The position numbers and the translations under genes are program-made. Below, piece by piece: positions 1-9,786 of a stretch of DNA of 64,000 bases (its first letter is position 1; every line of letters begins with the position of its first letter). Where the stretch lies: positions 64,001 to 128,000 of the forward strand of contig JAHQWJ010000062.1 of assembly GCA_029856125.1 (NCBI GenBank). The letters are read 5' to 3'. Source of the DNA: Promethearchaeia archaeon. Its GTDB lineage: Archaea; Asgardarchaeota; Lokiarchaeia; Sigyniarchaeales; SOKP01. Under the pieces are notes generated by a model. That model did not search any database, was not told the DNA's origin, and saw only the letters and a program-made list of their open reading frames with translations.

Positions 1-389
1 ATACCTTCGAAGAGAAAAACAAAGCGTTTCTCGACGCGCCCTCAGGATTTCCAGGATTTGAGTCATATCCTTTAACAATACTAAATCAAGTTTTTAAAAA
101 TGAATTTTCTTTAGAATCATTCGTTAAAATTACATCAGAAAATCCAGCAAAGCTTTTTAAATTAAATAATAAAGGTTTTATTAAAGCGCGATACGATGCT
201 GATTTAATTATAGTAGATCGTGGAGTGGATTATCCTATTGAATCAAAACAATTCAAATCAAAAGCAAAGTTTTCACCTTTCCAAAACTATCAAACAAGTG
301 TTCACATATGGAAAGTATTTTTGAGAGGTATAGAAGTAAATAGTGATGAATCTAATCCTATGGGAAACGTAATTAATGGAACAATTTAA
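1..389 (+). CDS. pyrC: Dihydroorotase-family amidohydrolase, C-terminal part (5'-truncated by window)
   Basis: Frame 3 reads (H)TFEEKNKAFLDAPSGFPGFES...TSENPAKLF...KGFIKARYDADLIIVD...SKAKFSPF and stops at TAA 387-389. Not in the ORF track. Confidence 0.8.
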   Translation, partial: TFEEKNKAFLDAPSGFPGFESYPLTILNQVFKNEFSLESFVKITSENPAKLFKLNNKGFIKARYDADLIIVDRGVDYPIESKQFKSKAKFSPFQNYQTSVHIWKVFLRGIEVNSDESNPMGNVINGTI

Positions 390-450
390 ATAATTATTAT
401 AATTTGTCATCTATTATATTATATTGAACCCAAAATCTTGAAGTGTAAAT

Positions 451-1077
451 ATGGCTGATAAAGAAATCTTCACCTTAGCTGACGGAAAAGAGCTAATACA
501 ATTCGCAAGAGATAATATCGTGTATTACCTTAAGAATAGCAAAGGTATCATTATACCTGAAGTTTTAAAAAATAAATATAAGGAAAATTATGGAGCATTT
601 GTCACTTTAAATACTCATAATGTGAATGGTAATCCTTTAAGAGGTTGTATAGGGTATATAGAACCAAGATTTGCATTATACGATGTTATTCATAAAGTTT
701 CAATCAGTTCAGCAACTGAAGATACTCGTTTCTCGTCTGTATCTATTGATGAAATGGATAATATTACCATTGAAATTTCAATATTAACTCCTCCAAAGAT
801 AATAGAAGTTAGCACTCCGAATGAATATCTTGAAAAAATTGTAATAGGGAGGGATGGACTTATAGTGGAGAGAGGAATGCGAAGAGGTTTACTTCTTCCA
901 CAAGTTCCCATAGACCACGATAGGAATTGGGATGTAGAAACTTTCCTTAACCATACATGTAGTAAAGCGTGGCTTTCTTCTGATGCTTGGAAAGATATAA
1001 AAGGAACTAAAATATATTCTTTTCAAGCAATTATATTTGAAGAAAAAACTCCGCTGGGAGAGGTCGTTCGTAAATAA
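451..1077 (+). CDS. AMMECR1/AmmeMemoRadiSam protein A family
   Basis: GAFVTL, LRGCIG, GRDGLIV, GLLLPQV and FL..TC.KA motifs. Confidence 0.9.
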   Translation: MADKEIFTLADGKELIQFARDNIVYYLKNSKGIIIPEVLKNKYKENYGAFVTLNTHNVNGNPLRGCIGYIEPRFALYDVIHKVSISSATEDTRFSSVSIDEMDNITIEISILTPPKIIEVSTPNEYLEKIVIGRDGLIVERGMRRGLLLPQVPIDHDRNWDVETFLNHTCSKAWLSSDAWKDIKGTKIYSFQAIIFEEKTPLGEVVRK

Positions 1078-1119
1078 TTTTCTCCTATCGAAATATAAAT
1101 TAAAATTTTCTTGAGAATT

Positions 1120-2628
1120 ATGGAAAAAGATGAAAATTTAATTTTAACAATAGATATTTCTTCCAATTCAATAAAGGTAGGATTAGTATCCGACCAATTA
1201 AAAATAAAAATCTATAACACTCAAGAATTAAAAATATATAATGAAGATTTAGATGGTTTTGCTAAACGCTTTGACATGGATGACCTTTGGAAAAAGGTTA
1301 TGATGGGAATAGATTTTGTTCTTTCCAAATCTAAAAACAAAAGGATTGTAGGTTTATCAACCTGTACTCAACGAATTGCCTCCGTTTTTCTAGACGAAAA
1401 GGGAAACGCCGTGTATGGAGGACCTAATATTGATATACGTGGTATCGATTCAGCCTATCTCATAGATGATGCGTTTTCAGAAATTGATTTATTTGAGATA
1501 ACGGGACATAGTCCGTCTCTGCTATTTTGTCTAGCAAGATTATTGTGGTTTAAAGAAGAAGCGGAAGAAGTTTATGCAAAAATTAAAAAAGTATTGACAT
1601 TAGATGATTGGTTAGTCTACAAACTTACCGGAAATTTTTATTCTGATCTATCCTCTGCAGCTGAGTCCCAATTACTGGATATTAAAAAAGGAGAATGGAG
1701 TTCTGAAATAATAGACACTTTTAATTTTGATCCCGATTTTTTTCCAGATATTGTTGATTCAGGAACTATTGTGGGCGAATTAAAAGAAAGTTTAAACAAA
1801 AGATTCGATATTGACCTTAAAAGTATTCCCTTTGTCAAGTCGGGCGGAGATACGCAAGCAACTTTATTAGGTATGGGTGTAATCGAAGAAGGTGATATAG
1901 GCATTAGTTTAGGTACTACATCACCACTTCATCTCGTTGTAAATAAACCCATTTTTGATCCTAATTGTAATTTCTGGACCACATGCCATTCGATAAAAGG
2001 AAAATGGTTAATTGAAAGCAATGCGGGCAACACGGGTGCTTCCTACAATTGGTTTAAAGAAGCATTTTTATCAAGTTTTACTGACAATCCAGATTCTTTA
2101 ATAGAGGATTTTCTAAAAAGAACAACACCAGGAGCTTTTTCGACTTACACCTACTTGGGCCCTGAAAAGATGAACATTAAAAATACTACTTCTATTAGAA
2201 GAGGGGCTTTTGTTTTTCAACCACCTATTATGGTGTCTGAGGATGTTCCCAAAATTGAAAATTTTGCCCGGAGCGTTCTTGAAAACATAGCATTCGGGAT
2301 ATTTGAAAATCATCAAGTGCTGCGCAATCAAACTGACCTTAGCACAAAAACTTATGTTGCAGGTGGGATGGCTAAATCTAATGAGTTTTGCAAATTGTTA
2401 GCTAATATATTAGATAGCCAAATTTCTGTCGCCTGTATTAGAGATTCAGCATTTGTTGGTGCTGCAATAAATACACTAATAGGTTTAAAGTACTATTCCA
2501 ATTACAAATCTATTATTAATAATCTATTAACATTTGAAGATATAAAAAACGATCCTGGTGTCTCTGATAAATTCAAAACAATTTATCTCGAATGGAAAAA
2601 CCTAAAATCAAAAATTGATAGTTTATGA
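1120..2628 (+). CDS. FGGY-family carbohydrate kinase (xylulokinase-like)
   Basis: LTIDISSNSIK, LARLLWFKE, GGDTQATLLG, SLGTT and AGGMAKS motifs. ATG at 1120; the track uses TTG at 1111. Confidence 0.85.
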   Translation: MEKDENLILTIDISSNSIKVGLVSDQLKIKIYNTQELKIYNEDLDGFAKRFDMDDLWKKVMMGIDFVLSKSKNKRIVGLSTCTQRIASVFLDEKGNAVYGGPNIDIRGIDSAYLIDDAFSEIDLFEITGHSPSLLFCLARLLWFKEEAEEVYAKIKKVLTLDDWLVYKLTGNFYSDLSSAAESQLLDIKKGEWSSEIIDTFNFDPDFFPDIVDSGTIVGELKESLNKRFDIDLKSIPFVKSGGDTQATLLGMGVIEEGDIGISLGTTSPLHLVVNKPIFDPNCNFWTTCHSIKGKWLIESNAGNTGASYNWFKEAFLSSFTDNPDSLIEDFLKRTTPGAFSTYTYLGPEKMNIKNTTSIRRGAFVFQPPIMVSEDVPKIENFARSVLENIAFGIFENHQVLRNQTDLSTKTYVAGGMAKSNEFCKLLANILDSQISVACIRDSAFVGAAINTLIGLKYYSNYKSIINNLLTFEDIKNDPGVSDKFKTIYLEWKNLKSKIDSL

Positions 2629-2730
2629 TTTATTCTGGTTATTAATTTTAATATTTTTATAAACGATAGTAAATTACTAACTTTAAAATTATTATTAAAA
2701 CTTGTTTTCGTATTTTAAGGGTGAATAAAA

Positions 2731-3081
2731 TTGTCAAATTTTGAAAATTTTGAGTCTTGTTTAAAGGAAATTGAAAATCGTTATATTACTACAGAAAAAG
2801 TAAGAAAGAAATTAGCAAACTATAACGACCCTATACAAATTTCATTTTTAGATACGAATCGTACCGTCATGATCTACGTTAATAAGGATCAAGGAATAGA
2901 GGTAAAAGATAACGCTAGCGATGAAACTGCTACAGTTAAAATCGAGTTTACTTCAGAAAAGATATTATTGGAACTTTTTAACAAAGAGCTTGGAGCGGTG
3001 AAAGCGTATTCTTCAGGAAAAATAAAGGTCATTGAAGGAAACATTAGAAATTTAATGAAACTGAAGAGCTTGATGTTTTAG
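2731..3081 (+). CDS. SCP2 sterol/lipid-binding domain protein
   Basis: C-terminal AVKAYSSGKIKVIEGN..LMKL is typical of SCP2. GGTG SD lies 7 nt before the TTG start. Confidence 0.7.
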   Translation: MSNFENFESCLKEIENRYITTEKVRKKLANYNDPIQISFLDTNRTVMIYVNKDQGIEVKDNASDETATVKIEFTSEKILLELFNKELGAVKAYSSGKIKVIEGNIRNLMKLKSLMF

Positions 3082-3166
3082 CTAAATTCAGTTGTTTTAA
3101 TCATATAATCTAAATATAATTGCGTGATTATATAATCTAATACTTAAAGAATGGATAATCTTTTAG

Positions 3167-4864
3167 TTGAGTAGAGAAATTATGAAAGCATTTATAACAG
3201 CAAGTATAACTGATGATGTTTTAGAAGAATTGCAAAAGAAAATGGAAGTAACCTATGAGAGTTGGAGAGACACTGGAAATATATATTTTGACATTAAAGA
3301 GATGGTTGAAAAATTAAGGAATTACGATGTCTTCATAACTGTAGCAGATGATTTAAAAAAAGCAGAACTTTTTGAACAGACAAACTTGAAGCTGATTGCG
3401 TCTTGTCGTGGGGATCCTTTTAACATCAATTTAGACGCTGCTACAAAAAGAAATATACCTATTATTTACGCACCAAACAGGAATGTCGTTGCAGTTGCTG
3501 AATTAACTGTTGGTTTAATCATATCCATGGCAAGAAATCTTACTAAACTAGACCGATTCCTACATTCAGAAGATTTTGAAATTATTGAGTTTGAAGATTG
3601 GATTAATTGTTATAATAAATTCATGGGAAGTGAATTAGAAAGTAAAACAATAGGCATAGTTGGTTTTGGTCAAATTGGGCAAAGGGTAGCCGAACGATTA
3701 AAACCGTTTGGTGTTAAATTTCTAATATATGATCCGTATGTTTCCGAGGAAATTGTTGAAGAGTACGGGGACAAGACAGACCTTAACGTTTTAATGAAAG
3801 AATCAGATTTTATTACCTTACATGCAGTAGCAACTGATGAAAATGATAATCTTATTAACGAAGAACGGATAAAAATGATGAAAAGCTCTGGATATTTAAT
3901 AAACTTGGCTAAAGGAAGCCTAGTTGATTACGATTATTTATACGGGGCTTTAAAGAATAACGAGATCGCGGGAGCTGCTCTAGATGTATTCCCTTTAGAG
4001 CCCATTGATGAAGATAATGAGTTTTTAGAATTAGATAATGTTATAGTAATGCCCCATATTGGTGGAAATACAACTGAAGTAATTAATAGACAATCTAAAA
4101 TGCTCCTTAAGGATATTAACATTTGGTTAAATAATGGAATTCCTTCTCATGTATTGAATCCCGAAGTATTTGAAGGATATAAGGAAAAAAAGGAGATACT
4201 AGATAAACCAAGCAATAAATTTAAAGAAGAAATAGTAGAAATTTGTAAAAAGTTATTAAGCGACGGCCATGTTATTGGATCAGCGGGAAATGTAAGTATG
4301 AGAATTAAAAAGGGTGATGAAGAATTCATTTTAATCACCCCTAGTAATGTTAACTACAAAGAGATGGAACCAAAGGATATTTTAATTATTGATCTTGAGG
4401 GCAAAGTAATCGAAGGAGAAAGAAATCCCTCAGTAGAAAAACACTTACACTTAGGAATATACAAAGATCGAGAAGATGTGAATGCAATTATTCACTCTCA
4501 CGGAATGTACTCAACAATACTCAGTACTCTCAATTTGTCGTTACCTCCAATAATGGAAGAACTTGTGCCCTACTTAGGCGGAGAGGTTTTATGTTCCGAT
4601 TACGGTGAGGCTGGAAGTGAAGAATTAGCTGATAATGTAAAAGCAAGTTTAGAAGATAGAAGCGCAGTAATTCTTGCCAACCATGGGAGTTTATGTTGTG
4701 GAGGTCATTTAGAAGGAGCATATACCGTATTAAAATATTTAGAGAGAGGATCAAAAACATATTATCTTGCTAAATTAATTAAGGAGCCAAATCTTTTACC
4801 TGAAGATACTATTGATTATGAGATGGATATTTTTGAGCTTTTTAAAGAGTCAAAGAAAATCTAA
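3167..4864 (+). CDS. Fusion of D-isomer 2-hydroxyacid dehydrogenase (SerA2-like) and class II aldolase (FucA-like)
   Basis: N-terminal half has GIVGFGQIG, GAALDVF..EP and MPHIGG. C-terminal half has GNVS, ITPS, PSVE..LH..IY, HSH and LANHG. Confidence 0.85.
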   Translation: MSREIMKAFITASITDDVLEELQKKMEVTYESWRDTGNIYFDIKEMVEKLRNYDVFITVADDLKKAELFEQTNLKLIASCRGDPFNINLDAATKRNIPIIYAPNRNVVAVAELTVGLIISMARNLTKLDRFLHSEDFEIIEFEDWINCYNKFMGSELESKTIGIVGFGQIGQRVAERLKPFGVKFLIYDPYVSEEIVEEYGDKTDLNVLMKESDFITLHAVATDENDNLINEERIKMMKSSGYLINLAKGSLVDYDYLYGALKNNEIAGAALDVFPLEPIDEDNEFLELDNVIVMPHIGGNTTEVINRQSKMLLKDINIWLNNGIPSHVLNPEVFEGYKEKKEILDKPSNKFKEEIVEICKKLLSDGHVIGSAGNVSMRIKKGDEEFILITPSNVNYKEMEPKDILIIDLEGKVIEGERNPSVEKHLHLGIYKDREDVNAIIHSHGMYSTILSTLNLSLPPIMEELVPYLGGEVLCSDYGEAGSEELADNVKASLEDRSAVILANHGSLCCGGHLEGAYTVLKYLERGSKTYYLAKLIKEPNLLPEDTIDYEMDIFELFKESKKI

Positions 4865-5949
4865 TTTTCTAAATAATTTATAATTGTTTTTTGAAATGTA
4901 CTTGGAGATTTTTTCAAGTTCGATAGCTTAATTCCGACTAATCTAACTTTCTTATTCATTGTAGAAAATTCGTTAGTTAATTCGGTGATAACTCGTAAAA
5001 CCTTTTTCTTATCTTGAATGTGATGAATAAAAGAATGCGCGCGAGTGAAGGTTAAATAGCCCTCAAGTCTTATTTTTAAACTTACCGTCTTATAATGGAT
5101 CTTATTTTTAATTACACTTTTATGAATTCTATTATTTATTTCTTCAAGTTTAGACAAAATTTCATTAAAATCGTCAGTGTCCTCAAAAAAGGTTCGTTCC
5201 TTACTAATAGATTTTCTATCGCCGTGAAATTCTTTTACTTCTCTAGTATCAAAACCGTTCGCAACATTCCATACCCATTCTCCGTTTTTTCCAAACAACT
5301 GAACCATTTTAGGAAGTGTAAGATTAATGATATCACCAATAGTTTTAATCCCCTTCTTGTTATAATATAATTGGGACTTTTTTCCAATTCCGGGGATTCT
5401 GGTTATATCCATAGGACTCAGGAATTTTTTAATATATTCTGGTTTTACGACCGTAACGCCATTAGGCTTATTATGATCTGAAGCGATCTTAGCAATCGAT
5501 TTAGTTGGAGCACATCCGATTGAGATTGTTATGCCTACTTTTTTTTGGACTTCGTCTTTTAATTTTTTAGCTAAATCTCTAACTTCTATAACATTTTTAC
5601 ACTTGTCTGATATGTCTAGGTATGCCTCGTCAATACTTACTTGTTGAAACATATCTGAATAGGAATTAACAATCTCCATTACTTCTTTTGAGGCTTTATG
5701 GTATTTCTCAAAATTGGGATGAAGATAGATACCGTGAGGACATCTTTTGTAAGCTTGGGATATAGGCATCGCAGAATGGAGCCCAAATTTTCGAGCTTCG
5801 TAGTTACAGGTACTGACTACACCCCTTCCTTTTCCATTTTTTGGGTCGGCCCCTATTATTATGGGATTTCCTATATATTTTGGGTTATCTCGTGCCTCAA
5901 CAGCGGCAAAAAAGCAATCTAAGTCGCAATGTAAGATAAAACGGCTCAT
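4861..5949 (-). CDS. dinB: Y-family DNA polymerase IV
   Basis: LHCDLDCFFAAVE, STCNYEAR, SIDEAYLD and AKIASD..KPNG motifs. Confidence 0.95.
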   Translation of the reverse strand: MSRFILHCDLDCFFAAVEARDNPKYIGNPIIIGADPKNGKGRGVVSTCNYEARKFGLHSAMPISQAYKRCPHGIYLHPNFEKYHKASKEVMEIVNSYSDMFQQVSIDEAYLDISDKCKNVIEVRDLAKKLKDEVQKKVGITISIGCAPTKSIAKIASDHNKPNGVTVVKPEYIKKFLSPMDITRIPGIGKKSQLYYNKKGIKTIGDIINLTLPKMVQLFGKNGEWVWNVANGFDTREVKEFHGDRKSISKERTFFEDTDDFNEILSKLEEINNRIHKSVIKNKIHYKTVSLKIRLEGYLTFTRAHSFIHHIQDKKKVLRVITELTNEFSTMNKKVRLVGIKLSNLKKSPSTFQKTIINYLEN

Positions 5950-6128
5950 TTTTAATCGTTTTTAATAAATTGTATTAATTTAGACAATGATAGTATTTCC
6001 AAATAAAATAAAAAAAGTTAGACTATGTTGAATTATTAATTTAAAAAGGTAAAATCCAATAATTCGACTCTAATGAATATCTAATTCTATGAAAATACAT
6101 TTTTAATCAATCTTTAATTTAAAATAAT

Positions 6129-6821
6129 ATGGAAACAGATAAGTTAGAACAACTTCGAAAAACGGTTGTAAGAGGAGCTCAAGAGATTTATAGTAAAGGT
6201 TTAGTTGAGGACGGTGAAGGTAATGTTAGTGTCAGGGTTAATAAAAATGAAATATTAGTTACTCCTACTTCCACGAAATATCGTCTATTAAATCCAGATT
6301 TAATTGTTCATATGGATTTAGATGGGAATGTAATCGGATCAGGAAAAATTCCCTCTACAGAAGTAAAAATGCATTTAGCAGTTTATAAAGATAGACCTAA
6401 AGTAAAATGTGTCATTCATAATCATTCTTCTTATGTTTCCATGCTTTCAATTCTCAGAAAAAACATTCCAATTATTATGGAACAACAATTAATTTTTCTT
6501 GGTGGATCAATTCAATGCACTGAGATTACAGAAGCTCATACAGATAAAATGGGAGTTAGTGCTTTAAACGCATTAGGGAGAAATAACGCTGCTATATTAG
6601 CTAATCATGGAGCTATAATATGTGGTAAATCGCTAGATCATGCAGTTCGATTTTCTGTGATCCTTGAAAAATTAGCTAAAGTGTATTGGGGAGCATTACA
6701 AATTGGAGAACCTCGAATCATCCCTCAAGAAAATCTTGAAGAACATGAAAAAATGTTCAATAGCCTATTTGCCTGCTATCCAAAAAGACTAAGAGTTAAA
6801 CAAAAAATGAGGCGGGATTGA
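6129..6821 (+). CDS. Class II aldolase/adducin family (L-fuculose-phosphate aldolase-like)
   Basis: EGNVSVR, VTPTS, PSTE..MH..VY, HNH and LANHG motifs. Confidence 0.85.
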   Translation: METDKLEQLRKTVVRGAQEIYSKGLVEDGEGNVSVRVNKNEILVTPTSTKYRLLNPDLIVHMDLDGNVIGSGKIPSTEVKMHLAVYKDRPKVKCVIHNHSSYVSMLSILRKNIPIIMEQQLIFLGGSIQCTEITEAHTDKMGVSALNALGRNNAAILANHGAIICGKSLDHAVRFSVILEKLAKVYWGALQIGEPRIIPQENLEEHEKMFNSLFACYPKRLRVKQKMRRD

Positions 6822-7652
6822 ATGAAGTTAGGTATTAGTTCACTAGGGAACATCATGGAAAATGCGTTTAAAAACAAATTTCCTAATATTTCTAGTATGC
6901 TTTACCATTCTACAGAAGAATGCTTTAAATTTGCGGAAAAAAATGGGATTGATGTTGTAGAAATTGTTGTGGATCCACAGGATATGTTTATAGGGGAGAT
7001 GAAACAAGCGTATCTTGATCTTTTTAAATCGTATTCAATGGTAAAGCAAGTACATGGACCTTTTATAGATATTAACTTATGCTCTCACAATAAAGGAATA
7101 TCTCAAGCCTCAATAGACGCGTATTTTGAAACTGCTCAATTTTGCCAGGAATTAAAAGCCAAAATATTAACTATACATCCAGGATTGGCTAATTTTTTGT
7201 TGGAATCTCTTAGGGATTATAATAGAATCCAATTAGCTAAAGCAATTAATAGTATATTAGACATGACAAAAAATCTTGATATATCGATTTGCTTAGAAAA
7301 CATGCCTAAAAATACACATATAATGTTAAATCAAGATAATATCGAGGAAAATTTAAAGTCAATTAATAGAAAAGATTTATTCCTCACATATGATACCAGC
7401 CACTTCTATACCAATAATGGAGATGTGGATTTGCTTTGGGAAAGGTATCACAAAATTATTAAAAATGTACACCTCGTCGAAAACTTTACAACCGAGTCAG
7501 ATACTCATCCGAGCCTTGGTTCTGGGAAAGTTAACTTTAAAGGGATTTTAGAAACTATAAGAAATTATCAGTATAAAGGGGCTTTAATTATTGAGTTATC
7601 CTCTAATGAGGGTTTAGAAAACAGTATCGACTATATTCATAAGTTATTATGA
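6822..7652 (+). CDS. Sugar phosphate isomerase/epimerase (xylose-isomerase-like TIM barrel)
   Basis: HGPF.DIN, HPG, LENM, DTSH, NVHL, DTH..LG.G.V and IIE metal-binding pattern. Confidence 0.8.
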   Translation: MKLGISSLGNIMENAFKNKFPNISSMLYHSTEECFKFAEKNGIDVVEIVVDPQDMFIGEMKQAYLDLFKSYSMVKQVHGPFIDINLCSHNKGISQASIDAYFETAQFCQELKAKILTIHPGLANFLLESLRDYNRIQLAKAINSILDMTKNLDISICLENMPKNTHIMLNQDNIEENLKSINRKDLFLTYDTSHFYTNNGDVDLLWERYHKIIKNVHLVENFTTESDTHPSLGSGKVNFKGILETIRNYQYKGALIIELSSNEGLENSIDYIHKLL

Positions 7653-7708
7653 AATAGTTTGGCTATTATTACTACACTTATTTAAGAACCATTTTTATAA
7701 TCCATATA

Positions 7709-8101
7709 ATGAAAATTATTTCCCTCCAAGTTAGCGAAGACTTACTAGAGAGGTTTGAAAAAGTTCGAAAACAGAGCGGGTTTAGTTCTAAAAGCGAAGC
7801 TTTAAGAGATTCAATATTAAAATTCATAGAAAATCATGAGAAATTCGAGAATTTAGAAGGATACAGAATCATGACAATTAACCTAGTATATCCTGTTAAG
7901 GAACCTATAGCTGATGAAATTTCTGAGCTTTTTTATAAATTTCACACGATAATAAAGGCTGTAAGCGATTGGAGAATTGCTGAAAAAAAAATCGAAACGG
8001 TTTTAGTAGTAGGAGAATTCGGATTTATTAAGGATCTTTACCATTCTATCGCAAAAATTAAGGATGTGATTAGTTCAATTCACGAAATAATATTAGATTA
8101 A
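7709..8101 (+). CDS. CopG/NikR-like ribbon-helix-helix regulator
   Basis: MKIISLQVSEDLL...GFSSKSEALRD ribbon-helix-helix N-terminus followed by an ACT-like C-terminus. Confidence 0.75.
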   Translation: MKIISLQVSEDLLERFEKVRKQSGFSSKSEALRDSILKFIENHEKFENLEGYRIMTINLVYPVKEPIADEISELFYKFHTIIKAVSDWRIAEKKIETVLVVGEFGFIKDLYHSIAKIKDVISSIHEIILD

Positions 8102-8112
8102 CTGTTATACCT

Positions 8113-8973
8113 TTAATCAAATCGAAGTGAATAATCTACGAATTCCGTAGGCTTTTGAGTAAGAACGCTCGTACTTATCACGTCGGGCTCTGAAATTAGA
8201 TAGTCAAAAATATTTTCTTGAGTAATGTTCCCAGAAACTTCTATAATAACTTGATTACGTAATTTCTCTTGTTTTAATAAGTTTATGGCGTCCTGTACTT
8301 TATCTGGATTCATGTTATCCAGCATAATTATATCTGCTTTGTTTTTTACGGCAATTAGGACATCGCTTACATTTTCAATCTCAATTTCTATTTTTTTTGT
8401 GAAACTAACTCGAGACTTTACGTCTTTGAGAAGTTTTACGATGTCCCCTTTATAAAATTTTAAATGAGGTGATTTTAAAAGCACCATATCGTCCAAACTA
8501 AAACGATGAGTATCTCCTCCACCCAATTCTACGGCTTTCTTTTCGAACAACCTTAACCCTGGAAGAGTTTTTCGTGTACAAGCTATTTTCACATTTTTTC
8601 CAGAATCCTCAATTATTTTTACAAATTTTCGGGTAGTTGAAGTTATTGCACTCATGTGACTCATAAGATTTAGACCTACTCGCTCACCAAGCAATATATT
8701 TCTGGATTCTCCGTCTATTTTCGCGAAGATATCACCATTATGGATTTGATCTCCATCTTCTTTGTTTCTGATAACTTTAACATTTAAGAGTTGATATAAT
8801 ATACCCAACTCTTCTAAACCAGATAAATATCCATCACTTTTTGCGATAATTGTGGCTGAGGATACAGACTCTTTGGGAATGGCGTTTGAACTAACATCGA
8901 TGAAAGAGTTGTCTTCAATTAAGAACTTTTTTAGTTTTTCTTTGATTAAAATACGATTATAACTCATTTTCAC
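8113..8973 (-). CDS. nadC: Quinolinate phosphoribosyltransferase (nicotinate-nucleotide diphosphorylase)
   Basis: ER..LN, TRKTLPG, HRFSL, DIIMLDN and EVSGNI motifs. Confidence 0.9.
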   Translation of the reverse strand: MKMSYNRILIKEKLKKFLIEDNSFIDVSSNAIPKESVSSATIIAKSDGYLSGLEELGILYQLLNVKVIRNKEDGDQIHNGDIFAKIDGESRNILLGERVGLNLMSHMSAITSTTRKFVKIIEDSGKNVKIACTRKTLPGLRLFEKKAVELGGGDTHRFSLDDMVLLKSPHLKFYKGDIVKLLKDVKSRVSFTKKIEIEIENVSDVLIAVKNKADIIMLDNMNPDKVQDAINLLKQEKLRNQVIIEVSGNITQENIFDYLISEPDVISTSVLTQKPTEFVDYSLRFD

Positions 8974-9023
8974 TAAAGAATTTTGATAGTATTATTATTA
9001 TAGATTAAATACTAATTAAAATT

Positions 9024-9710
9024 ATGCATAGCGTTGAAAAATTGTTTATTCTTAATAATGAAGTAAAACTGGAAGCTGAAGTTTTTCAGATAGAAAATGA
9101 AACACCTAGTTGCGTTGCATTAATGTGCCATCCACATCCTCAATTTCTTTGGGTTTAAATCCCAAGAAAGGGAAAGTATGGCGGGGACATGTATAATAAC
9201 GTTGTATCGGGTGTTTTCAATTCGTTCGTTAAAAAGGATATATCCTGCATACGCTTCAATTTTAGAGGGGCGGGTAATTCGACAGGGGATCATACAAGCG
9301 GTAAGGGCGAATTAAGCGATGTTAAGGCTTGTGTTGACCATTTAACGCAGAGTTTACATTTTGATAGAGTTTTTATATGCGGGTATTCCTACGGTGCAGC
9401 TATAGGGTGCTCTACTATCAATTATTCCGAAAAAATAATTGGATATTGTGCAATTTCTTTTCCTTGGGACTTTATGAGCGTCCAATATAAAGAGTTATCT
9501 CAATCGAAAAGACCAAAATTGTTCATTCAAGGGGATATGGATACAGTAGCCCCTTATGAAAATTTTATGAAACACTTTAATTATTATTCAGAGCCAAAAA
9601 AATTCAAGATTATAGAAGGGGCAGATCATTTTTATCAAAATTTTGAAGAGGTGATTAGTAGAGAAGTATTGAACTTTTATGATTCCATAGCTCAAAATCC
9701 AATTTCATAA
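9024..9710 (+). CDS. Alpha/beta hydrolase, intron-split (exons 9024-9142 and 9176-9710; 217 aa after splicing)
   Basis: ATG 9024 is open to ...MCHPHPQ, then a 33-nt insert with in-frame TAA, then YGGDMYNNVV...RFNFRGAG.S.G...GYSYG...QGDMD...GADHFY in the same frame. The track reports only the 3' part (9189-9710). Confidence 0.85.
9143..9175 (+). other. Putative bulge-helix-bulge (BHB) mRNA intron, 33 nt
   Basis: Central helix TCCT(9137-40)/GGGA(9170-73). Bulges CA^A (9141-43) and AA^G (9174-76). Intron stem TTTCTT-T-GGG/CCCAAGAAA. Splicing yields CAG (Gln) and restores HPHPQYGGDM. Confidence 0.85.
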
Positions 9711-9736
9711 CATCTCTGATTATATGAAGTGAATAG

Positions 9737-9756
9737 ATTGAATTTTCTAATTCAAT
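9737..9756. terminator. 8-bp inverted repeat between convergent genes (possible terminator)
   Basis: ATTGAATT-ttct-AATTCAAT. AT-only, so the evidence is weak. Confidence 0.25.
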
Positions 9757-9786
9757 AATAATATAGAGCGAAAAGATTCGGTTTAT

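Noticed and set aside
4861-5949. dinB as a mobile insertion into the sugar cluster
   Set aside because: No transposase, terminal repeats or target-site duplication, and the base composition matches the flanks.
9156-9158. In-frame TAA stops in the hydrolase (and at 42714 in elf1) read as pseudogenes, stop readthrough or Sec/Pyl recoding
   Set aside because: The stops are TAA, not TGA/TAG. They sit within 10-11 extra codons that break conserved motifs, so readthrough would not restore function, whereas BHB excision does so exactly.
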